42,132 bases of DNA, taken from NCBI GenBank assembly GCA_039931635.1, contig JBDTRO010000174.1, positions 1-42,132 on the forward strand. Reading direction: 5' to 3'. The DNA is from Betaproteobacteria bacterium. Lineage in GTDB: Bacteria; Pseudomonadota; Gammaproteobacteria; Burkholderiales; SG8-39. The notes beneath the pieces were generated by a model, which saw nothing but the letters and a program-made list of their open reading frames with translations, did not search any database and was not told where the DNA came from. Of the stretch, positions 1-8,554 are shown one piece after another; position 1 is the stretch's first letter, and each line of letters opens with the position of its first letter. Position numbers and translations under genes: made by a program.

Positions 1-227
1 TGCGGAAAGCGCTCGTCGATGTACTCGTTGATGATGTTCGACTCGTACAGGACGAGATCCCGCTCCACCAGGACCGGCAGGCGGTTGTACGGATTCATCA
101 CCGCGATGTCCTCGGGCTTGTTGTACATATCCACGTCGATGACCTGGAAGTCCATGCCCTTCTCGTAGAGCACGAAGCGGCAGCGGTGGCTGAACGGACA
201 GGTGGTGCCGGAATACAGTTGCATCAT
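1..227 (-). CDS. sspA: Stringent starvation protein A (GST-like), N-terminal part, truncated by the window edge
   Basis: Hand translation from ATG at 227: MMQLYSGTTCPFSHRCRFVLYEKGMDFQVIDVDMYNKPEDIAVMNPYNRLPVLVERDLVLYESNIINEYIDERFP. Follows petC, as usual in beta/gamma-proteobacteria. Not in the ORF track. Confidence 0.93.
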   Translation of the reverse strand, partial: MMQLYSGTTCPFSHRCRFVLYEKGMDFQVIDVDMYNKPEDIAVMNPYNRLPVLVERDLVLYESNIINEYIDERFP

Positions 228-249
228 GATGCGGGCTTTCGATACGGAG

Positions 250-278
250 AAAAAAAGGCCGGGCGGCGCCCGGCTTTT
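250..278 (-). terminator. Rho-independent terminator after petC
   Basis: Minus strand reads AAAAGCCGGGCGCCGCCCGGCCTTTTTTT: GC-rich hairpin plus T tract, about 16 nt past the petC stop. Confidence 0.8.
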
Positions 279-294
279 GTAAAAGCAGGCGAAA

Positions 295-1017
295 CTACTT
301 CACGTCCTTCCAGTATTCCTTCTTCAGCGCGTAGGCGAAGATGAACACGAAGACCAGCGCGAACAGCGCCACGATCCCGATCCGCTTGCGGTCGTTCGCG
401 GCGGGCTCGCCCACATAGACGAGGAAGTTGACCAGGTCGCGCACGGTGGTGTCGTACTGCACCGTGGTCTGCGTGCCGGGGGAAAGTTGGCCCCACTTGT
501 ACTCCGGCGGCGCGTGGTGCTCGGCATGCGAGACCACCTCCAGCGAGCGTTCGCCCTGCAGCGACCAGAGCGCATGCGGCATCGCCACCTGCGGGAACGC
601 GGCATTGTTCCAGCCGGTCGGGGACTTGTCGTCGCGGTAGAACGTGCGCAGGTAGGTATAAAGCCAGTCAGCGCCACGCGAGCGGCCGACCACGGTGAGG
701 TCCGGCGGCGCGGCGCCGAACATCGCCTTGCCATCGCTCACCGAGAGCGCAACCTTCATCGTGTCGCCGACCTTGGCATCCGTGAGGATCAGGTTGTCGC
801 GGATCTGGGCTTCGGTCAGGCCGAGGTCGGTCATCCGGTTGTAGCGCATGTATTGCGCGCCGTGGCAGTTCAGGCAGTAGTTGACGAAGGTGCGCGCGCC
901 CGCCTGCAGGCTGAGCTGGTCGTGCGGATCGATCGGCGCGCGGTCCAGCCGGTAGCCAGCTTCGGAAGCCGCGGCAATGGCAGGCACAACAAGCAGCGCG
1001 AGCAGGAATTTTTTCAT
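295..1017 (-). CDS. petC: Cytochrome c1
   Basis: C-terminal part of ORF 295..2298 from MKKFLLALL (signal peptide); CLNCH heme motif, PPDL, MPH axial Met region, C-terminal TM ending KKEYWKDVK. Confidence 0.96.
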   Translation of the reverse strand: MKKFLLALLVVPAIAAASEAGYRLDRAPIDPHDQLSLQAGARTFVNYCLNCHGAQYMRYNRMTDLGLTEAQIRDNLILTDAKVGDTMKVALSVSDGKAMFGAAPPDLTVVGRSRGADWLYTYLRTFYRDDKSPTGWNNAAFPQVAMPHALWSLQGERSLEVVSHAEHHAPPEYKWGQLSPGTQTTVQYDTTVRDLVNFLVYVGEPAANDRKRIGIVALFALVFVFIFAYALKKEYWKDVK

Positions 1018-1025
1018 GGCGCGAC

Positions 1026-2321
1026 TCACATCGTCACCCGGTCGGGTTCCGGCTTGCACTTGTCTATCAACGTATACCAGGGCATCAGGAAGAAGAACGC
1101 GAAGTAGAGCAGCGTGAAGATGCGCGCCACCACGGTCGCCACGTCGGCGCTGCCCAGCCAGGGCCCGAACTGGCCCCACACCGTGACCGACTCGGTGCCG
1201 AGATAACCCAGCACCAGGAAGGTGACAACGAAGATCGCGAGCGCGCTCTTGTACAGGATGCCGCGGTAGCGGATCGACTTCACCGGGCTGCGGTCCAGCC
1301 AGGGCAGGAAGAACAGGATCAGGGTCGCGATGCCCATCACCATCACGCCCGGGAACTGGGTCGGCGGAATACCCAGCCACTCGATCGATATCGGCGGCAC
1401 CGCCCGCAGGATCGAGTAGTACGGCGTGAAGTACCAGACCGGCGCGATGTGCGCGGGCGTCTTCAGCGGGTCGGCCGGAATGAAGTTGTTGTACTCGAGG
1501 AAGTAGCCGCCCATCTCCGGCACGAAGAACAGGACCGCGCAGAACACCATCATGAACACCACCGCGCCGGCGAGGTCCTTGACCGTGTAGTACGGATGGA
1601 ACGGGATGCCGTCGAGCGGATGGCCGTCGGGGCCCTTTTTCTTCTTGATCTCCACGCCGTCCGGATTGTTGGAGCCGACATCGTGCAACGCCAGGAGATG
1701 CGCCGAGACAAGGCCCAGCAGCACCAGCGGGATCGCGATCACGTGCAGCGCGAAAAAGCGGTTCAGCGTCGCGTCGCCCACCACGTAGTCGCCGCGGATC
1801 CAGAGCGCCAGGTCGGGCCCGATGAACGGGACGGTGGCAAACAGGTTCACGATCACCTGCGCGCCCCAGTACGACATCTGGCCCCAGGGCAGGAGGTAGC
1901 CCATGAAGGCCTCGGCCATCAGCGTGAGGTAGATCAGCACGCCGAAGATCCACACCAGCTCGCGCGGCTGCTTGAACGAGCCGTAGAGCAGGCCGCGGAA
2001 CATGTGCAGGTAAACCACGACGAAGAACGCCGACGCCCCGGTCGAATGGACATAGCGGATCAGCCAGCCGCCGGGCACGTCGCGCATGATGTACTCGACC
2101 GAGCCGAAGGCGAGGTTTGCATCGGGCTTGTAGTTCATCGTCAGGAAGATGCCCGACACGATCTGGATCACGAGCACGATCAGCGAGAGCGCGCCGAAAA
2201 AATACCAGAAGTTGAAATTCTTCGGTGCGTAATATTCGGACGCGTGCTTGCGGAACTCCTCGGCAACCGAGGGCATCCTCGCGTCGAACCAGTCCCACAA
2301 AGCCATCAGACGGCTGGCCAT
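1026..2321 (-). CDS. petB: Cytochrome b of the bc1 complex
   Basis: From MASRLMALW; WLIRYVHSTGAS, LPWGQMSYWGAQVI, PVWYF (PEWY-equivalent), many TM helices. Confidence 0.97.
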   Translation of the reverse strand: MASRLMALWDWFDARMPSVAEEFRKHASEYYAPKNFNFWYFFGALSLIVLVIQIVSGIFLTMNYKPDANLAFGSVEYIMRDVPGGWLIRYVHSTGASAFFVVVYLHMFRGLLYGSFKQPRELVWIFGVLIYLTLMAEAFMGYLLPWGQMSYWGAQVIVNLFATVPFIGPDLALWIRGDYVVGDATLNRFFALHVIAIPLVLLGLVSAHLLALHDVGSNNPDGVEIKKKKGPDGHPLDGIPFHPYYTVKDLAGAVVFMMVFCAVLFFVPEMGGYFLEYNNFIPADPLKTPAHIAPVWYFTPYYSILRAVPPISIEWLGIPPTQFPGVMVMGIATLILFFLPWLDRSPVKSIRYRGILYKSALAIFVVTFLVLGYLGTESVTVWGQFGPWLGSADVATVVARIFTLLYFAFFFLMPWYTLIDKCKPEPDRVTM

Positions 2322-2323
2322 GT

Positions 2324-2914
2324 CTACGCCCCCTTCTTGTCGCCGCCGATCAGCAGCCTGGTGTCGGAGAGAAAGGCATGCGGCGGAACCTCCAGGTTGA
2401 TCGGCGCCGGCGCTCCCTTGTAGACGCGGCCGGCGAGATCGAACTTGGAGCCGTGGCAGGGGCACAGGAAGCCGCCCGCCCAATCCTGGCCCATCTCGCC
2501 TTTCGCGTCCGCGGTCTTCTGCTGCGGCGAACAGCCCAGGTGCGAGCAGATGCCCACCAGCACCAGGACTTCGGGCTTGATGGAGCGGTACTCGTTCTTC
2601 GCGTAATCGGGCTGCGGCGAATCTTTCGACCTGGGATCCGTCACTTTGTCGTCCGCCTTGCGTACCGCGTCCAGCATCTCTTTCGTGCGACGCATGATCC
2701 ACACCGGCTTGCCGCGCCACTCGACGACCTGCAATTCCCCGGGCGCGAGATTGGAGAAATCGGCCTCCACCGGCGCGCCGGCCGCCTTCGCGCGTTCCGA
2801 AGGCCACCAGCTCCAGGCGAACGGTATGGCGACGCCTGCGCCCGCCGCGCCCGCCGCCACTGTGGTCGCGACGATCAGATTGCGCCGCGTGTTATCGATC
2901 TTTTTTTCGCTCAT
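2324..2914 (-). CDS. petA: Rieske Fe-S subunit of the bc1 complex
   Basis: Tat motif TRRNLI; Rieske boxes CSHLGC and CPCHGS. Confidence 0.97.
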   Translation of the reverse strand: MSEKKIDNTRRNLIVATTVAAGAAGAGVAIPFAWSWWPSERAKAAGAPVEADFSNLAPGELQVVEWRGKPVWIMRRTKEMLDAVRKADDKVTDPRSKDSPQPDYAKNEYRSIKPEVLVLVGICSHLGCSPQQKTADAKGEMGQDWAGGFLCPCHGSKFDLAGRVYKGAPAPINLEVPPHAFLSDTRLLIGGDKKGA

Positions 2915-3042
2915 GGAGGAATCTGTGGAAAGTGATGAGGGACGCGGCAGGCGCGATTCTAGCGTTTCGCTCCGGGAATGTCCACGTTTTGGCGCCTAAG
3001 TGGTTAAAACAAAAGGCGAAACATGGTAAATTGCCAGGTTCC

Positions 3043-4209
3043 ATGCGCCGCCTCTGGATCATCTTTTCCCAGACCGCCACGATCTGCCTGGCGGTCCTGT
3101 TCGTCGTCTCCACGCTAAAGCCGGAGTGGCTGCCGTCGCGTTCGGGCCTGATGCCGGAGTCACTACGGGTGGCGACCGTTCTGCAGGAGGCGCAGCCGGG
3201 CGGCGGTGCGCGACCCGACTCGTACCACGAGGCAGTGCGCAAGGCTGCGCCCTCGGTGGTGAATATCTTTACCACCAAGGAAGTGCGGGTCCCGCGCAAT
3301 CCGCTGCTGAACGACCCGATTTTGCGGCGCTTCCTCGGTGACCGGCTCGGCGACGAGTCGCAGAAAGCCACCAGCCTTGGCTCGGGCGTGATCGTGAGCC
3401 CGGAGGGCTACATCCTCACCAACAACCACGTCGTCGAATCCGCCGACGAAATCGAAATCGCATTCCCGGACGGCAAGAAACTGCTCGCCAGGGTGGTTGG
3501 CAGCGATCCGGACACCGACCTGGCGGTGCTGCGCGTCGAGGCACAGAACCTGCCCGCGATAACCTTCGGTTCTTCCGACACCCTGCGTGTCGGCGACATC
3601 GTGCTCGCGATCGGCAACCCGCTGGGCATCGGGCAGACCGTCACCTCGGGGATCGTCTCGGCCCTCGGGCGCAGCGGCCTTGGCATCAATACGTTCGAAA
3701 ATTTCATCCAGACCGACGCGGCGATCAACCAGGGCAACTCCGGCGGCGCGCTCGTCGATGCGCGCGGCAACCTGGTCGGCATCAACACCGCGATCCTTTC
3801 GCAGAACGGCGGTTCGATCGGCATCGGCCTGACGATCCCGGCGTCCATGGCGAAGACCGTAATGGAGCAGATCATCAGGACCGGCACCGTGACGCGCGGC
3901 TGGATCGGCGTGGAACTTCAGCCGGTGACGCCGGTGCTGGCCGAATCGTTCAAGCTGGGCACGCTTGAGGGTGCGATCATCAATGGCGTGCTGACCGGCG
4001 GCCCGGCCGACAAGGCGGGGGCCAAGCCGGGCGACGTGCTGGTTTCGATCGACGGCAAGCGGATCGTGGAACCGCAAAGCGTGCTGAACGTAGTGACCGG
4101 CATCGCACCGGGCAGCACCGCGCAGGTAAAGCTCAAGCGCAAGGGGCAGGACATGGACCTGACGGTTACCGTCGGCCGGCGCCCAAAACCGCAGGCGCGC
4201 GCCGAGTGA
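3043..4209 (+). CDS. HtrA-family serine protease (DegS/DegQ-like, N-terminal anchor, single PDZ)
   Basis: Probable start MRRLWIIFSQ; triad motifs TNNHVV, DTDLAVL, INQGNSGG; C-terminal PDZ (RGWIGV...GGPADKAG). Confidence 0.92.
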   Translation: MRRLWIIFSQTATICLAVLFVVSTLKPEWLPSRSGLMPESLRVATVLQEAQPGGGARPDSYHEAVRKAAPSVVNIFTTKEVRVPRNPLLNDPILRRFLGDRLGDESQKATSLGSGVIVSPEGYILTNNHVVESADEIEIAFPDGKKLLARVVGSDPDTDLAVLRVEAQNLPAITFGSSDTLRVGDIVLAIGNPLGIGQTVTSGIVSALGRSGLGINTFENFIQTDAAINQGNSGGALVDARGNLVGINTAILSQNGGSIGIGLTIPASMAKTVMEQIIRTGTVTRGWIGVELQPVTPVLAESFKLGTLEGAIINGVLTGGPADKAGAKPGDVLVSIDGKRIVEPQSVLNVVTGIAPGSTAQVKLKRKGQDMDLTVTVGRRPKPQARAE

Positions 4210-5627
4210 CCAAGGCCACGCCGCTGCCGAGCGACGCGGCCAGCATCCGCAAGCTCGCGGCGCGCTCGATGTTCGATCTGTTCTCGAGCGTGAGCGAAGG
4301 CATGATGCTGGTGGACCGCAGCGGCCGCGTGGTCTGGATCAACGACAGCTACAAACGGTTCCTGCCCGCGCTGGGTTTCGCGCGGCCGGAGGATTTCGTC
4401 GGCCGCCCGGTCGAGGAGGTGGTGCCGAACACGCTGATGCACCGCGTGATCGAGACCGGCAAGCCGATCCTGATCGATCTCCTCACCAACAAGGCGGGCA
4501 CCTTCGTGGTGTCGCGCATACCTCTGCGCGACGAGGCCGGCGTGGTGATCGGCGCGATCGGCATGGTGCTCTTTGATCACCCGGAAACCACACTGCAGCC
4601 GCTGATCGCCAAGTTCGCGCGCCTGCAGCAGGACCTGGACGAGGCGCGCCGGGAACTGGCCGCGCAGCGGCGCACCAAGTACACCTTCGCCAGCTTCATC
4701 GGCTCGAGCCCTGCAGCGCTGGAAGTGAAGCGCCAGGCGCGGCGCGCGGCGCAGACCGATTCCACGGTGCTGCTGCTGGGCGAAACCGGCACCGGCAAGG
4801 AACTGCTCGCGCATGCGATTCACGCGGCTTCCGCGCGCGCCGAGCGGCCGTTCATCAGCGTGAACCTGGCCGCGGTTCCCGAGACGCTGCTGGAAGCCGA
4901 ATTTTTCGGCGTCGCCCCCGGCGCCTACACCGGCGCCGAGCGCAAGGGGCGCGATGGCAAGTTCAAGCTGGCCGACAAAGGCACGCTGTTCCTGGACGAG
5001 GCTGGCGACATGCCGCTTGCGCTGCAGGCAAAGCTCCTGCGCGCGCTACAGGAGCAGGAATTCGAGCCGCTCGGTTCGAACAAGGTGATCAAGGTGGATG
5101 TGCGCGTGATCGCCGCGACCAGCCGCGACCTGAAGACGATGGTCGCCGACGGCCGCTTCCGCGAAGATCTCTTCTACCGGCTGAGCGTGCTGCCGGTGCG
5201 CCTGCCGGCGCTGCGCGACCGGCTGAGCGATCTCGAGACGCTGGCGGAGAACCTGCTGGAATCCATCGCGGCGCGCACCGGCATGCCGCAGCGCGAACTC
5301 AGTCCTTCAGCCCTCGCGGTGCTCGCTGTTCACCGGTGGCCGGGAAATATCCGCGAATTGCGCAATGCGCTCGAACAGGCGGCGATGCTCACCGACAACC
5401 TGCGTCTGGTGGCGGAGGATTTCGCGCAGGTGCTGCCGGGTCCGGTCGTGCAGGACGAGCGCCGGAAGGTCACGCAGCTGCGGCCGCTGCCGCAATTGAT
5501 CGCGGAGCTGGAGCGCAGCTCGATCCAGTCCGCGCTGGCGGCCACCGGTGGTAACAAGGTTTCGGCCGCCCGGATGCTGGGTATTTCGCGCGCTACGCTT
5601 TACGAGAAATTGGGCGCGATGAAGTAA
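4206..5627 (+). CDS. Sigma-54-dependent transcriptional activator, PAS-AAA+-HTH
   Basis: N-terminal PAS-like region, Walker A GETGTGKE, GAYTGA variant of the GAFTGA loop, LFLDE, WPGNIREL, Fis-type HTH (AARMLGISRATLYEKL). GTG start overlaps the protease stop. Confidence 0.93.
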   Translation: MTKATPLPSDAASIRKLAARSMFDLFSSVSEGMMLVDRSGRVVWINDSYKRFLPALGFARPEDFVGRPVEEVVPNTLMHRVIETGKPILIDLLTNKAGTFVVSRIPLRDEAGVVIGAIGMVLFDHPETTLQPLIAKFARLQQDLDEARRELAAQRRTKYTFASFIGSSPAALEVKRQARRAAQTDSTVLLLGETGTGKELLAHAIHAASARAERPFISVNLAAVPETLLEAEFFGVAPGAYTGAERKGRDGKFKLADKGTLFLDEAGDMPLALQAKLLRALQEQEFEPLGSNKVIKVDVRVIAATSRDLKTMVADGRFREDLFYRLSVLPVRLPALRDRLSDLETLAENLLESIAARTGMPQRELSPSALAVLAVHRWPGNIRELRNALEQAAMLTDNLRLVAEDFAQVLPGPVVQDERRKVTQLRPLPQLIAELERSSIQSALAATGGNKVSAARMLGISRATLYEKLGAMK

Positions 5628-5628
5628 C

Positions 5629-5688
5629 TGTCGGAAATACATACACTCTGTATGCAATTCAGGCACAGATGTGTATCCTTTCCAGGCA
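5629..5688. promoter_or_regulatory. Three candidate upstream activator boxes (17-bp imperfect palindromes)
   Basis: TGTCGGAAATACATACA (5629-5645), TGTATGCAATTCAGGCA (5649-5665), TGTATCCTTTCCAGGCA (5672-5688), upstream of a sigma-54 promoter. Confidence 0.6.
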
Positions 5689-5720
5689 TTCTCGCCGTTG
5701 ATATTTAAATTACCCTTGTA

Positions 5721-5733
5721 ACTCAAATAGTTA
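5721..5733 (+). promoter_or_regulatory. IHF-like binding site
   Basis: ACTCAAATAGTTA has one mismatch to WATCAANNNNTTR and lies in an AT-rich patch between the boxes and the -24/-12 promoter. Confidence 0.5.
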
Positions 5734-5738
5734 TAGCC

Positions 5739-5754
5739 TGGCACCCCGCTTGCA
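5739..5754 (+). promoter_or_regulatory. Sigma-54 (-24/-12) promoter
   Basis: TGGCACCCCGCTTGCA has exact GG-N10-GC spacing; followed by RBS AGGAGG and ATG at 5791. Confidence 0.9.
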
Positions 5755-5790
5755 ATAGGTAGCCTGGCTATTCCAATCCTAGGAGGGACC

Positions 5791-6978
5791 ATGAAACGCC
5801 TGAACACCCTGCTCGCCGCGGCAACGCTCGCAGGCGCCACGACCCTGGCCATTGCCCAGGACATCAAGATCGCGCTCATCACCGACAAGACCGGCGCACT
5901 CGAGGCCTACGCCAAGCAGACGCAGGCCGGCTTCATGATGGGCCTCGAATTTGCTACGGGCGGCACGATGAGCGTGCTTGGCCGCAAGATCGTGGTCATA
6001 GAAAAGGACTCGCAACTCAAGCCCGATGTCGCCAAATCCCAGCTCGCTGCCGCCTACGGCGATGACAAAGTTGATATCGCGGTCGGTCCTACCGGTTCGG
6101 GCTCGGCGCTCGCGATGCTGCCCGTCGCCGAGGAGTACAAGAAGATCCTGATCGTCGAGCCGGCGGTCGCCGACTCAATCACCGGCGACAAGTGGAATCG
6201 TTATGTCTTCCGCACGGGGCGCAACTCGACGCAGGACGCGGTTGCCGGTGTCGTCGCGCTACCTGCGAACGCGCAGATCGCGATGTTGGCCCAGGACTAC
6301 GCCTTCGGACGCGACGGAGTGAAGGCCTTCAAGGAAACGCTTGCCGCCATCGGCAGCAAGGCGCAAATCGTGCACGAGGAATACGTACCGCAGGCGACCA
6401 CTGACTTCACGGCTCCAGCCCAGCGCATGTTCGACGTGCTCAAGGACAAGAACGGCACGCGCATCATCGCGATCATCTGGTCGGGCGCGCATCCAGCCAC
6501 CAAGATTCACGACCTCAAGCCCGAGCGCTTCAACATCATCCTGGCCCCTGGCGGCAACATCCTGCCGGTAATGAAGGGCTGGAAGGATCTGGCCGGCGCC
6601 GAAGGTGCGATTTACTACTACTACGGATTTCCGAAGAACAAGATGAACGACTGGCTGGTGGCCGAGCATCGCAAGCGCTTTAGCGGGACGCCGCCCGACT
6701 TCTTCACGGCGGGCGGCATGGCCGCGGCCATCGCCACGGTCGAGGCAGTAAGGAAGGCCGGCGGCACCGACACCGAGAAACTGATCGCGGCGATGGAAGG
6801 CATGAGCTTCGAATCGCCCAAGGGCACCATGACATTCCGCAGGGAAGACCACCAGGCAATGCAGAGCATGTACCAGTTCCGCATCAAGAAGACGCAGGCC
6901 AACGAGTGGGACCTTCTGGATCTGGTGCGCGAGATTCCGGCCAAGGAAATCCCGGTCCCGGTTCGTAACAAGCGCTAG
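5791..6978 (+). CDS. ABC transporter periplasmic binding protein, Liv/HAAT type
   Basis: Sec signal peptide (..LAIA-QD), type I PBP-like motifs (WNRYVFRT, QDYAFGRDG, GTMTFRREDHQA); first gene of a Liv-type operon. Confidence 0.9.
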   Translation: MKRLNTLLAAATLAGATTLAIAQDIKIALITDKTGALEAYAKQTQAGFMMGLEFATGGTMSVLGRKIVVIEKDSQLKPDVAKSQLAAAYGDDKVDIAVGPTGSGSALAMLPVAEEYKKILIVEPAVADSITGDKWNRYVFRTGRNSTQDAVAGVVALPANAQIAMLAQDYAFGRDGVKAFKETLAAIGSKAQIVHEEYVPQATTDFTAPAQRMFDVLKDKNGTRIIAIIWSGAHPATKIHDLKPERFNIILAPGGNILPVMKGWKDLAGAEGAIYYYYGFPKNKMNDWLVAEHRKRFSGTPPDFFTAGGMAAAIATVEAVRKAGGTDTEKLIAAMEGMSFESPKGTMTFRREDHQAMQSMYQFRIKKTQANEWDLLDLVREIPAKEIPVPVRNKR

Positions 6979-6981
6979 GAA

Positions 6982-7049
6982 CCGTCGCCCCCGCGAAAGC
7001 GGGGGCCCATCGACGAAAACCTGGATTCCCGCGTGCGCGGGAATGACGG
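6982..7049. repeat. Inverted pair of GTC-type REP palindromes (REPIN/BIME-like)
   Basis: CCGTCGCCCCCGCGAAAGCGGGGGCCCA (6982-7009) and, on the reverse strand, CCGTCATTCCCGCGCACGCGGGAATCCA (7022-7049), with a 12-nt spacer. Confidence 0.8.
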
Positions 7050-7817
7050 ATGACCTCCGAACATCCCGTCCTGGAGACCCGCGGTCTGACGATCCGCTTC
7101 GGCGGCCACGTTGCGGTCAACGCGGTGAGCTGCGGCTTCGAGCCGGGCACGCTTACCGCGATCGTCGGCCCGAACGGCGCGGGCAAGACCACCTACTTCA
7201 ACCTGATTTCGGGGCAGCTGCAGGCGAGTGCCGGCCAGGTACTGCTATTCGGCGACGATGTGACGCGCGACGCGGCGCCAATCCGCACCCGCAAAGGCAT
7301 GGGGCGGGCGTTCCAGCTCACCAACCTGTTTCCGAATCTCAAAGTGCTGGAGAACGTGCGCCTCGCCGTACAGGCGCGCGCCGGCATGGGCCTCAACCTC
7401 TTTTCGATGTGGAGCAGCCACGCCGAGCTTACCGAGAAGGCCGAGCACTACCTGTCCCGGGTCGCGCTCGCCGGTCGGCGCTCGACCCTCGCCTCCGAAC
7501 TGTCGCACGGCGACCAGCGCAAGCTCGAAGTGGCGATCCTGCTCGCGCTCGAGCCCGCGATCTTCATGTTCGACGAGCCGACCGCCGGCATGAGCGTAGA
7601 CGAGGTGCCGGTGATCCTCGACTTGATCCAGGAGATCCGGCAGCAGAAGGACAAGACCATCCTGTTGGTCGAGCACAAGATGGACGTGGTGCGCTCGCTC
7701 GCCGACCGCATCATCGTGCTGCACCAGGGAGAACTCGTCGCCGACGGCCTGCCGGCGGAAGTAATCGCTTCACCGGTCGTCCAGGAAGCTTACCTTGGCA
7801 TTCCCGCGAATGGCTGA
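7050..7817 (+). CDS. LivG-like ABC ATPase
   Basis: GPNGAGKTT, LSHGDQRKLE, FDEPTAGM, VEHKM. Confidence 0.92.
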   Translation: MTSEHPVLETRGLTIRFGGHVAVNAVSCGFEPGTLTAIVGPNGAGKTTYFNLISGQLQASAGQVLLFGDDVTRDAAPIRTRKGMGRAFQLTNLFPNLKVLENVRLAVQARAGMGLNLFSMWSSHAELTEKAEHYLSRVALAGRRSTLASELSHGDQRKLEVAILLALEPAIFMFDEPTAGMSVDEVPVILDLIQEIRQQKDKTILLVEHKMDVVRSLADRIIVLHQGELVADGLPAEVIASPVVQEAYLGIPANG

Positions 7818-8535
7818 CGCGCTGCTCACCCTGGCCGGTGTGCATACACACATCGGGCACTACCACATCCTCCAGGGCGTGGACCTGGTAGTGCCGCGCG
7901 GCGAACTCACCATGCTGCTCGGACGCAATGGCGCCGGAAAAACCACAGCGCTGCGCACCATCCTCGGGCTGTGGCGCGCCTCCGCGGGCTCGATCCGCTT
8001 CGACGCCGATGACATCGCGCCCTGGGAAACGCCCGCGATCGCGAACCTGGGCATCGCCTACGTGCCCGAGGCAATGGGCATTTTCGCCGGCCTCACGGTG
8101 CAGGAGAACCTGCTGCTGGCGGCGCGGCGCGGGCCGCCGGACGAAAAGCGGCTGGATTGGATCTTCCGCTTCTTCCCGCCGATGAAGACCTTCTGGCACC
8201 TGCCGGCGGGCCTGCTCTCGGGCGGCCAGAAGCAGATGCTTTCGATTTCGCGCGCGATGGTCGAACCGCGGAAACTGGTGCTGATCGACGAGCCGACCAA
8301 GGGCCTCGCCCCGGCGATCATCAACAACCTGATCGAGGCCTTCACCGAACTGAAGAAAACGGACACCACCATCCTGATGGTGGAGCAGAATTTCCACGCC
8401 GCGAAGTCGCTCGGCGATTCGGTGGCGGTGATGGATGCAGGCCGCATCGTGCACGCGGGACGCATGGCCGACCTCGCCGCAGATGCCGCGCTGCAAACCC
8501 GCCTGCTTGGACTATCCCTGGAAGCGCATCAATGA
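7810..8535 (+). CDS. LivF-like ABC ATPase
   Basis: Start MADALLTL; GRNGAGKTT, LSGGQKQML, IDEPTKGLAP, VEQN. Confidence 0.92.
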   Translation: MADALLTLAGVHTHIGHYHILQGVDLVVPRGELTMLLGRNGAGKTTALRTILGLWRASAGSIRFDADDIAPWETPAIANLGIAYVPEAMGIFAGLTVQENLLLAARRGPPDEKRLDWIFRFFPPMKTFWHLPAGLLSGGQKQMLSISRAMVEPRKLVLIDEPTKGLAPAIINNLIEAFTELKKTDTTILMVEQNFHAAKSLGDSVAVMDAGRIVHAGRMADLAADAALQTRLLGLSLEAHQ

Positions 8536-8554
8536 GCCGCACAGAGGCGCGGCG

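Noticed and set aside
295-2807. Apparent long N-terminal extensions or fusions in the ORF track (petC 667 aa, petB 593 aa; likewise hisB, hisC, hisG, hisE, the hydrolase and mlaC)
   Set aside because: These are upstream open frames overlapping the preceding gene; the true starts are marked by family N-termini and ATGA/GTGA coupling.
6982-7049. REP pair as a CRISPR remnant or intrinsic terminator
   Set aside because: Only two units, inverted rather than direct, with no spacer series, no cas genes and no U tract.
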